Source: Nitrobacter hamburgensis X14 (lineage in GTDB: Bacteria; Pseudomonadota; Alphaproteobacteria; Rhizobiales; Xanthobacteraceae). From it: a stretch of DNA of 32,000 nt. The notes beneath the pieces are model-generated. The model searched no databases and had not been told where the DNA came from. It worked only from the letters and a program-made list of their open reading frames with translations. The position numbers were made by a program, and so were the translations under genes. Of this stretch, positions 25,007 through 32,000 are shown piece by piece; position 1 is the stretch's first letter; every line of letters begins with the position of its first letter. Location of the stretch: contig NC_007964.1 in the NCBI RefSeq assembly GCF_000013885.1, forward strand, positions 866,166 through 898,165. Reading direction: 5' to 3'.

Positions 25007-26358
25007 GTGGACGCCCCCTCGACGGCATCGATGTGCCAGAGTGGAAGGTGTTGATCACCACTGAAGGAGGCGTCCGTGACAGAGGTTAGCACGATCGGGT
25101 TGGATTTGGCGAAGTCGGTCTTTCAGGTGCACGGCGCCGATGCGAGCGGCGCGGTCGTGTTCCGCAAGACGCTTCGGCGGGCCAGGGTCCTCGAGTTCTT
25201 CCGCGATCTGCCACGTTGCTTCGTCGCGATGGAGGCATGCGGCGGGGCGCATCATTGGGCTCGCGAGATCGGTCGGTTGGGACATGAGGTGCGGCTCATC
25301 CCACCTATTTACGTCAAACCGTTCGTAAAGCGTCAGAAGAACGATGCGTCCGACGCGGAGGCGATCTGCGAGGCAGCGCAGCGCCCGACGATGCGCTTCG
25401 TCGCGGTGAAGAGCGAGTCGGCCCAGGCAAGCGCCGCAATCTTCCGCACGCGCGATCTACTGGTTCGCCAGCGAACGCAACTGATCAACGCGGTGCGCGG
25501 GCAACTCACCGAGTATGGCCTGGTGGCCGCTAAGGGAACCGCGAACCTGCCGAGGCTGCTGGCATTGGTCGACGAGCCAGGCTCCGATCTGCCGCAGGCC
25601 ACGCGTGCGATGCTCGATGTGCTGATCGGGATGGTAATGATGCTCGCGGAACAGATCAGCGCGCTGGACCGCGAGATCGCCAGGCGGGCCAAGGAAGAAG
25701 ATATGCCTTCGCGGTTGATGACGATACCGGGTGTCGGGCCAATCACGGCGACTGCCATCGCGGCTCTTGCTCCGCCGGTGGAGACGTTCCACAAAGGGCG
25801 CGACTTCGCGGCCTGGCTCGGCCTGACGCCGGTGCAACGATCCACCGGCGGCAGGCAGAAGCTCGGGGCCACATCCAAGATGGGCGAGCGGACCATACGC
25901 CGCCTGCTCATCATTGGTGCCGCCGCACTGGTGCGCCAGACCAGCCGCCGCGAGCCGCCGCCAGGATCATGGTTGGCGCGCATGCTCGCCCGAAAGCCAC
26001 GCATGCTGGTTATTACCGCGCTCGCAAACAAAATGGCGCGAACTGTTTGGGCGCTGCTCGCCCACAACGAAGTTTACCGAGCTCCCGCTGTAGCCGCTAC
26101 GTAAGCGATTAGAGCGTGAGGCTGTCGAAGGAGTAGAGGGCGAAGGCAAGTACGGCGCAACGGTCGACGAGACGGGACAGGCAAAACCAGATAGGTTCAC
26201 TGTGCTGCGAAGCACGCAGTCCTGATATGGAGCCGGTCCGCGAACTCCCATACGGGCCCGCGGCGCATCATCGCCGCATCTAGAGGCCGGACAGATGGCA
26301 GCATCCGACTAGCGCGTCAGAAAGCCAAAATCCCTCTTGCTTTTCCGGGGGCGTCCAC
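25007..26358 (+). mobile_element. IS110-family element, IS1111-like subgroup (limits approximate)
   Basis: A 12-bp perfect inverted repeat, GTGGACGCCCCC (25007-25018) and GGGGGCGTCCAC (26347-26358), brackets the transposase gene. The 5' non-coding end is short (~57 bp after the left repeat) and the 3' non-coding end is long (~240 bp). Confidence 0.7.
25076..26104 (+). CDS. IS110-family (DEDD) transposase
   Basis: Reads IGLDLAKSVFQVHG ... VAMEACGGAHHWAR ... KNDASDAEAICEA ... IPGVGPITATAI ... GRDFAAWLGLTPVQRSTGG. The GTG start is preceded by GAAGGAGG. Confidence 0.9.
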   Translation: MTEVSTIGLDLAKSVFQVHGADASGAVVFRKTLRRARVLEFFRDLPRCFVAMEACGGAHHWAREIGRLGHEVRLIPPIYVKPFVKRQKNDASDAEAICEAAQRPTMRFVAVKSESAQASAAIFRTRDLLVRQRTQLINAVRGQLTEYGLVAAKGTANLPRLLALVDEPGSDLPQATRAMLDVLIGMVMMLAEQISALDREIARRAKEEDMPSRLMTIPGVGPITATAIAALAPPVETFHKGRDFAAWLGLTPVQRSTGGRQKLGATSKMGERTIRRLLIIGAAALVRQTSRREPPPGSWLARMLARKPRMLVITALANKMARTVWALLAHNEVYRAPAVAAT

Positions 26359-26369
26359 AGATGAGCCTA

Positions 26370-27549
26370 GTCAGGTGAACCTAAATTCGTGGCATAAGGT
26401 CTGCTGAGTTTTCTGGCAGAAGTGTTTGACGGAGGCGAGGATTTCGTCAACTGACTTTGTCCATCGATATGGCCTGGGATTTTCATTGTGCCGCTCGATG
26501 AAGGCGCGGATATCTTTTTCCAACTGCTTGGTCGAAGTATGGACGCCGCGGCGGATCTGCTTGCGGGTGAGTTCAGCAAACCAGCGCTCGACCTGATTGA
26601 TCCACGATGGTGATGTTGGCGTGAAGTGCACATGGTAGTGCGGTCGTCGCACCAGCCAGGATTTGATCACAGCAGTTTTGTGAGTGGCGTAGTTGTCCAT
26701 AATGATATGGATATCGAGACCGTCGGGAATGTGAGCGTCGATTTGCTTCAGGAAGTCGAGGAACTCCGCAGCACGATGGCGCTTGTAGCATTTGCCGATC
26801 ACAAATCCGGAAGCAAAATCGAGGGCCGCGAACAGCGATGTTGTGCCGTGGCGGATATAGGAATGCGTCCGGCGTTCCGGAATGCCCGGCATCGTCGGCA
26901 GGACCGGCTGCTTGCGATCAAGCGCTTGTATCTGGCTCTTCTCGTCGACACTGAGCACCAGGGCCCGATTGGGCGGCGACAGATAAAGACCGACGATATC
27001 GCGGACCTTGTCGACAAATAATGGGTCGCTGGAAAGCTTGAATGTCTCCGAACGGTGCGGCTGCAAGCCGAAGGCGTTCCAAATCCGTCGGATCGTCGTG
27101 TGCGAAAAGCCGGTCGCGGTCGCCATCGAACGGATGGACCAGTGCGTGGCGTCGCTCGGCGTGGAGCGGAGCGTGCGTTCGATAATTGCAGCGACCTGAT
27201 CGTCATCAATCGTGCGAGGCCTGCCAGGGCGGGCTTCATCCAAGAGCCCTTCGATGCGCCCCTTCAGAAAGCGCCGACGCCACTTGCCAACTGTATGCTC
27301 ATGGACACCCAGTTCGTGCGCAACGGATTTGCTGGGTATGCCATCCGCGCATCGCAGGATGACGCGGCATCGCTCAGACAAAGAACGCGCCACCCGATGA
27401 CGACGAACCTGCCGTTCGAGATACGCGCGCTCATCCGCGCTGAGGATCAAGGGAGAAACCGGGCGTCCTGCCGCGTTGGCCATAACTGCGCTCCCGCACT
27501 CTTGCGAATGCGGCAGATTATAATGAAACGAACTTCAGTTCCAGGTGAC
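26370..27549 (-). mobile_element. Intact IS630-family insertion sequence with a TA target duplication
   Basis: The terminal inverted repeats are GTCAGGTGAACCTAAATTCGT (26370 onward) and the reverse complement of the right end, GTCACCTGGAACTGAAGTTCGT (ending 27549). TA dinucleotides lie directly outside both ends (26368-26369 and 27550-27551). Confidence 0.8.
26371..27483 (-). CDS. IS630-family transposase
   Basis: Has an N-terminal HTH (GRPVSPLILSADERAYLE ... VHEHTVGKWRRRF ... RPGRPRTI) and a DDE core (LSVDEKSQIQAL ... IIMDNYATHK ... SWINQVERWF). Confidence 0.9.
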   Translation of the reverse strand: MANAAGRPVSPLILSADERAYLERQVRRHRVARSLSERCRVILRCADGIPSKSVAHELGVHEHTVGKWRRRFLKGRIEGLLDEARPGRPRTIDDDQVAAIIERTLRSTPSDATHWSIRSMATATGFSHTTIRRIWNAFGLQPHRSETFKLSSDPLFVDKVRDIVGLYLSPPNRALVLSVDEKSQIQALDRKQPVLPTMPGIPERRTHSYIRHGTTSLFAALDFASGFVIGKCYKRHRAAEFLDFLKQIDAHIPDGLDIHIIMDNYATHKTAVIKSWLVRRPHYHVHFTPTSPSWINQVERWFAELTRKQIRRGVHTSTKQLEKDIRAFIERHNENPRPYRWTKSVDEILASVKHFCQKTQQTLCHEFRFT

Positions 27550-27675
27550 TAGCTAAGGTCCAGTTGCTGCGGAATTCCGCGCCAGCGCTATAATTAGGCG
27601 CTTCGTATTCATGCGCTCTTTCAAGCCAAGTAGCTATGGCTATCTTGGCACAAATGCCGCACGATAACTGAGAGC

Positions 27676-27697
27676 CCGTCGGCTTCGCAGCCGACGG
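27676..27697 (-). terminator. Possible terminator hairpin downstream of cspA
   Basis: CCGTCGGCT-tcgc-AGCCGACGG is a perfect 9-bp stem ~100 nt past the cspA stop. The trailing minus-strand sequence is only weakly T-rich. Confidence 0.3.
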
Positions 27698-27797
27698 ATC
27701 CCATCACACTTCGATAACCTGGAGACCGCCTCCCATGAGAGACGCGCAATCGATCTAGAGGTCCCAGTACATCCGTGGGCATCTCAAATCGGCAGAT

Positions 27798-28007
27798 TTA
27801 ATCGACGCGAAGGTTTTCAGCGCTGGTCTTGCCGCGCATGCTGTCGGTCTTGGCTTCGAACGAAACCTTCTGACCGTCATTGAGGGAGCTCAGACCAGCG
27901 CGTTCGACCGCGCTGATATGAACGAAGATATCCTGTCCGCCACCGTCAGGCTGAATAAAGCCGAAGCCCTTTGTCGCGTTGAACCACTTCACTGTTCCAG
28001 TTGCCAT
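27798..28007 (-). CDS. cspA: Cold-shock protein (CspA family, 69 aa)
   Basis: Reads [34 protein letters not shown], containing the RNP1 and RNP2 motifs. The start ATG at 28005-28007 is preceded by GGAG. The ORF-track N-terminal extension to 28118 is not credible. Confidence 0.95.
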   Translation of the reverse strand: MATGTVKWFNATKGFGFIQPDGGGQDIFVHISAVERAGLSSLNDGQKVSFEAKTDSMRGKTSAENLRVD

Positions 28008-28272
28008 TATAATCTCCAAAATGCGCGAAAGCGCGTTCGCTCGCACGGCATCCGTGCAAGCTTGATCCGAGTTCAGCGATGTCTTGGGGAATGGAGCCGG
28101 TTTCGGCGCGGTCAACAAGCCAGAGCGACGGTTCGAACTTGACCTACATATGGTGGCTTAGGGAAAGTACAAGAGCCCGGTCAAACTACGGCACATGTGG
28201 TGTCCTGCGTTATGAGGACAGGTTCGGAACTAATGAATAGCTATTAGACCCGAAAGAGCGCACGTTCACGGA

Positions 28273-28524
28273 ATGTCGCCTCAAACGCAGTTTCTCGTGC
28301 AGGCTTTTAACGCCGCAAAAGACGATCAGTTGAAGCCAGACAGGCTGATCGTGTGTCGATCAGCAGAAGGCGCCCGTCGAACCGCGCAGAGGCTCGCACT
28401 GTCCAGGGCAGGCGTCGTTGCCTTCTCCATAACGTCTGATGATGAAACCGGCGACTATGACGAGGAGCCGACGGTCTTTTATCGGGAAGGACAGATTCCG
28501 GACGAATTCAGTGCGATGCCATGA
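28273..28524 (+). CDS. Small hypothetical protein (83 aa)
   Basis: The composition is protein-like. Its stop overlaps the next start as ATGA (28521-28524). No family recognised. Confidence 0.5.
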   Translation: MSPQTQFLVQAFNAAKDDQLKPDRLIVCRSAEGARRTAQRLALSRAGVVAFSITSDDETGDYDEEPTVFYREGQIPDEFSAMP

Positions 28525-28772
28525 CGGGCGCTCTGTCGGTGCTGTTTTCTGCAAACGGATTACCCGATCTACCGATAATCCTGGTCGAGCCGCATCGAAA
28601 TCGAGAAGGCGTTTGGCGCATCAAATTCTGCTACGCGGATGGTGAGCCACTCTCCATGAGCTCGATTCAGGCATCGGCGCTGGCCTGCGACCTTCATCAA
28701 ATGGGCGAAACCCAGTTGGCCGATGAGATCGATGATGCAGTTAAAAGTGCGAAACGCTACTGCTCGATGTGA
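28521..28772 (+). CDS. Small hypothetical protein (83 aa), translationally coupled to 28273..28524
   Basis: ATGA overlap with the upstream ORF. No family recognised. Confidence 0.45.
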   Translation: MTGALSVLFSANGLPDLPIILVEPHRNREGVWRIKFCYADGEPLSMSSIQASALACDLHQMGETQLADEIDDAVKSAKRYCSM

Positions 28773-28818
28773 GTACGCCTGTTAACCGGACGCGTTTTCA
28801 ACCTAAGAGGAGATCGCC

Positions 28819-28947
28819 GTGTCAAAAAGTAATCGAGAGTCGAAGAAGCCGAAAAAGGAAAAGGCAAAGATCATCGCGGCAACACCAAGTCAAAAGGGCG
28901 CTGTGGCTTGGCAGCCAAACTTCGGTGCGGGCAAAAAGAAACCGTGA
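28819..28947 (+). CDS. Lys-rich 42-aa micro-ORF (below the ORF-track length cutoff)
   Basis: GTG 28819 is preceded by AAGAGGAG (28805-28812). Translation: (M)SKSNRESKKPKKEKAKIIAATPSQKGAVAWQPNFGAGKKKP, with stop TGA at 28945-28947. It competes with the Arg/Ser-rich track ORF 28769..28969 in another frame. Confidence 0.4.
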   Translation: MSKSNRESKKPKKEKAKIIAATPSQKGAVAWQPNFGAGKKKP

Positions 28948-29133
28948 GCCGACAGTTATCAGGGCATGACCGCCATCAAAGTTATCGAACCAGCTTCTTG
29001 CTTCGTTGGCTTGAGTATTCGCCGCTCCCGCTGAAGTGATTGATTCGTCATCGTGACGAGCCCTCCGATCCGCTTCCGGCTGGGATACCTCGATAGGAGG
29101 AGGCTCGCGGACGATGTCCGCGAGCTATCGTCG

Positions 29134-30567
29134 TCAAAGATGCCGGGCCCATTTCATCGAGGTGTCGTATCCGGTGATCTCGTAGGCGAGTGCCTGAGTG
29201 ATACTGTCGACCTAGTCGTTATGCTTGCTCTGCGGAAAGGCGAGCAATTCAGCCAACAAATCCGGCATGAACGACGCCGATCTCGGAAAGAAGACGTGGC
29301 CTGCCTCGAGTTTGTGCGTCTGCACGTATAACCGTGTCACCTTGTCACGTGTGACTGGGACCAGCTCCACGCGGAAACGTCCAGCATCTTTGAGTTCTTG
29401 AGCCAATGCCACGCCGGTTGAGGCATCCTCGATCAGTATTGTGGTCGGCTTGTAGCGTCCCGCCAGTGAGAGCGCTGTTTCGCGTAAGCGGGGATATTCA
29501 TATCGCCCGCGAGTGACGTCGATGAGGTAATAATCCCGCTTGTTGACGACAAGCCAGGTCGTGCACACCGACCAGCTGTTCTGGGCGCCATCCTTCGACG
29601 CGCAGTCCCAGCTCTGAATGATCTCCATATCCCAGGTCCGTTCGGGAAGCACATCATAATGGTGTAGCCATTCGCGCCGGATCATGGCTCCGCCAGGCGG
29701 CACGGGCGATTGTTGGTATTGGGCATCGAAGTGGAATCCCATTTCTCGCCTGATAGTGTTCAGCGTATCAAGGGACTCGTGCTTCGGATGAAGGGCCTCG
29801 CCGGTCCGCCGGAAATGGAATTGCCCGTTCCCGATCGGGATTTGTTCGTCTGCTTCAGCGATCGCGGCAAGGTTCAAAACCGTCCAGCTCTCGGAACTTT
29901 CCTGCAAATATCCGGTCAAATCGTGAAGGTGGACTCGCTGCATAACAATGACAATGGCACCACGTTCTTTGCTATCGAGTCGCGAAATCAGCGTGTTCGA
30001 GAACCATTGATTGAGCTGATCGCGGAGCGGCTGAGATTGCACGTCAACGGGCTTTTGTGGATCGTCGATGATGAAGAGATCGCCGCCAAAGCCGGTGAGG
30101 GCGCCACCTACCGAGGTGGTCTTACGAAATCCGCGCATCGACGTTCGGATATCGGTGGCCGAGGGACGTAGGATCCGCGTCCCCGGGAAGGCAGCGCGAT
30201 ACCAATCGGATTGCATCACGGCCAGGCAACTTTTGGCATGTTCTTCCGCCAGATCGGCACCGTAGCTGATGCAGATAATTCTCCGTCTTGGGTCATGGCC
30301 TAAGACAAACGCGGGAAGCGCAACCGAGCTCATGATCGATTTCAGATTGCGGGGTGGCAGATTGATGATGAGACGGGTGATTTCGCCGCGCCGCACCCGA
30401 TCCAGCTGGTACGCGATCGCGTCGATATGCCAATTGGGCAGGAAATCGTCGCCCGGATTTAACGTCAGCACGCTGCGGTGAAGAAAACTCTGAAAATCAC
30501 CGCGCAACACCGCGCCGAGGGCACACGGATCGTTCAGAAAGGCGTTAAGGGCATCGCGATCAATCAT
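29134..30567 (-). pseudogene. Terminase large-subunit-like protein, copy 2, with an in-frame premature TAG
   Basis: A paralogue of 17845..19245 (LIINLPPRNLKS, DLFIIDDPQKP, IIQSWDCA, ILIEDASTG). The frame stops at TAG 29212-29214 inside the conserved KH(D/N)D-Q-VDS motif. It then continues in frame as VDSITQALAYEITGYDTSMKWARHL to TGA 29134-29136, which matches the copy-1 tail. Confidence 0.75.
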
Positions 30568-30997
30568 CGTTCCCATCCTCATTGTGCGCGGCGGACAAGA
30601 ACTTCTTGGCGTAGGCACCGAGAACGGTCTTGTCGTCCTCTGTGAGCTGTCGATGTTCGGGTTGAGCCGATTTCAACAGAGCCGACCGGTCGAAAAGAAA
30701 GGAAGCAGCTTTCAAATTCTTCTTCTTGACGGCTTCTTCTGCGATACCGCGATAGATGACTTCGCGGAGTGAAATTTTGCGAACACGGTTGCCTTCGCGA
30801 ATCGTCATCATTCGAGACAACAGCTCTTCGAGCATCTGGTTCTCGCTCTTGCGCCCCTTGGGTCGCCCCCTCGGATTGCCGCTTTGGCCCGGTTTAAATC
30901 GGTGCTTACGCGGGGGGCGCCCGTAGCCAACATCACCGATATTCCTGGATTGAGTACCCTTGTGCGGGTGCAGATCGTCGTCATCGTCGGTACTCAT
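30560..30997 (-). CDS. DUF5681-family protein (copy 2)
   Basis: Reads GYGRPPRKHRFKPGQSGNPRGRPKGRKSE and is a paralogue of 19235..19726. The ATG is preceded by GAAGGAGG. Confidence 0.7.
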   Translation of the reverse strand: MSTDDDDDLHPHKGTQSRNIGDVGYGRPPRKHRFKPGQSGNPRGRPKGRKSENQMLEELLSRMMTIREGNRVRKISLREVIYRGIAEEAVKKKNLKAASFLFDRSALLKSAQPEHRQLTEDDKTVLGAYAKKFLSAAHNEDGNDD

Positions 30998-31150
30998 TGC
31001 GGCCTCCTTCTACGAAGACCGGTACGCTCGGTACTCGTCGTGCCAGAGTCATGTGGCACGGGTTTCGAACCGACGCGATGACGCGATGGCTTTTGCGGCG
31101 GAGGTGGAGCAGAACCGTAGTTCTGCGAGCGCCGCGCGGCGCTCACCTCA

Positions 31151-31339
31151 TCAAAGGTTTGGCCTGTTTCCGCAAGAATGGCGTCTTTCCCGGTGAAGGA
31201 GTAGAGTCACCGATTGGCCCGGGCACAGTCCCAGTTCTTTCATACTGGCGGGCGTGACAAGCGAATAGATTGTCGTTTCCGCATCGAACACGATAATGAT
31301 GATGCTGCCGCAGATTGCGTTGCATGCGCTGGTCTTCAT
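31151..31339 (-). CDS. Possible short or degenerate TOBE/Mop-like (molybdate-binding fold) ORF
   Basis: MKTSACNAICGSI... resembles the Mop N-terminus M.ISARN.L.G.V, and ...TPASMKELGLCPGQSVTLL resembles the ..LgL..G..V.a.iK block. However, ~10 residues appear to be missing and the SARN Arg is replaced by Cys. Confidence 0.3.
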   Translation of the reverse strand: MKTSACNAICGSIIIIVFDAETTIYSLVTPASMKELGLCPGQSVTLLLHRERRHSCGNRPNL

Positions 31340-32000
31340 AAGAAATCCCTAGACAAGATCTGATCAAGGCGCCATTCGTTGCTATCGCTACCGGTAAGGC
31401 AGCCCCGAAGACCTCCGCGCGCAGTCAGTGGAATCGTCAGCCGATGCGAAGCGTCCGCCGTAAGCGCCGAGATCGTCCTCGACATCGGCGCCGGCTAGAC
31501 GCGAGCATCGAGCATCGAGCATCGCTGCGCACAGCGCCAAGTCGCTTGGCCTCTCTCCAGGAAAGCCCGCATTCGCCCTTTTCGACGCTGCGCATGTCAT
31601 CATCGCAATCAGCTGAAAAGATTTCGGATCACGCACTGTTGTGATCGCTCTCGGCACTGCCGCTCTCCTCGTCGAAGCGTGAGCTTGGTCGATCAGATCG
31701 TTGTCGTTTCACAGCTTGAATTGTCCCGACGCTTTCAGGATTCAACGCATCGTAAGCGTCTATTCCTGCAGGTCACCCTGAAGGTCGGCGACTGCGAAGG
31801 CGCGGACAGTGAAGCCGTCGGCCGATGCCTCCGGCACGGGAACGACTTGTCAACGATTCGCAACCCCGTAGCGCGAACGCCAGCCTATCGATTGCACTGC
31901 GGCGTGATCGTGCAGATGCAATTCGTGAAAGTCACCTGTGCCTGTTCCTTGATGCCGAAGCCGAGAACGCCGCGATGCCGCTCGACCCCTAGCGGCCGCA

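Noticed and set aside
25333-26067. 244-aa minus-strand ORF
   Set aside because: It is antisense to the IS110-family transposase gene and has Arg/Ser/Ala-rich shadow-frame composition.
28008-28200. Possible cspA promoter (TTGTAC-16 nt-TATGTA on the minus strand) and a long 5' UTR
   Set aside because: The hexamers are weak matches chosen by eye, with no independent support.
28769-28969. 66-aa track ORF
   Set aside because: The Arg/Ser-rich product looks non-coding. The alternative frame (28819..28947) has a strong SD and a coherent Lys-rich peptide.
29053-29331. 92-aa plus-strand ORF
   Set aside because: It is antisense to the terminase copy-2 tail and to its in-frame continuation.
31503-31523. 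GAGCATC x3 tandem heptamer
   Set aside because: It is too short and isolated to call a functional repeat, and is probably slippage.
1-32000. Looked for CRISPR arrays, tRNA, rRNA or tmRNA genes across the whole window
   Set aside because: I found no regularly spaced direct repeats and no cloverleaf-like or rRNA-like segments by eye. A tRNAscan/Infernal run would be needed for certainty.
31885-32000. Open minus-strand frames running in from the right edge
   Set aside because: Only ~38 codons are visible, two frames are open simultaneously (high-GC effect), and there is no recognisable motif.

Overview
High-GC, mosaic accessory region that looks like a defence or mobilome island. Several families are typical of Rhizobiales-type alphaproteobacteria, but that host assignment is inference only. 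No rRNA, tRNA or CRISPR array was recognised.

From left to right:
(1) 265-5056, minus strand: a translationally coupled three-gene operon. It encodes a small winged-helix-like protein, an SMC/Rad50-like ABC ATPase with a coiled coil and a double-CxxC apex, and a 629-aa protein ending in a PD-(D/E)xK nuclease-like module. A UvrD-type helicase remnant lies next to it.
(2) A small tyrosine recombinase split by an IS21-family element (istA/istB). The element has a 7-bp target duplication, and the two halves rejoin in frame.
(3) 8891-12196, minus strand: an AT-richer three-gene operon that I consider the best candidate for an undescribed system. It encodes a 2TM protein, a beta-RFAP-synthase-like GHMP-superfamily enzyme, and a fusion of a Ham1/ITPase-like domain, a P-loop nucleotide kinase and a winged helix.
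(4) 12633-14047, divergent from (3): a type-II-Thoeris-like pair, a 2TM-Macro ThsA-like protein and a TIR-like ThsB-like protein.
(5) A DUF3489-DUF2924-large serine recombinase module.
(6) A small ORF and an XRE regulator flanked by two copies of a 45-bp palindrome-bearing repeat.
(7) A ParB-DNA methyltransferase / DUF5681 / terminase-large-subunit-like operon. A second, decaying DUF5681 / terminase copy lies at 29.1-31.0 kb.
(8) A monofunctional catalase.
(9) An IS cluster: an IS630 relic, a 5'-truncated IS5 with an intact A6G frameshift site, an IS110/IS1111-like element and an intact IS630 with a TA duplication.
(10) cspA, several small ORFs, and a possible degenerate TOBE/Mop ORF.

All domain calls come from motif recognition by eye. 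No searches were run.
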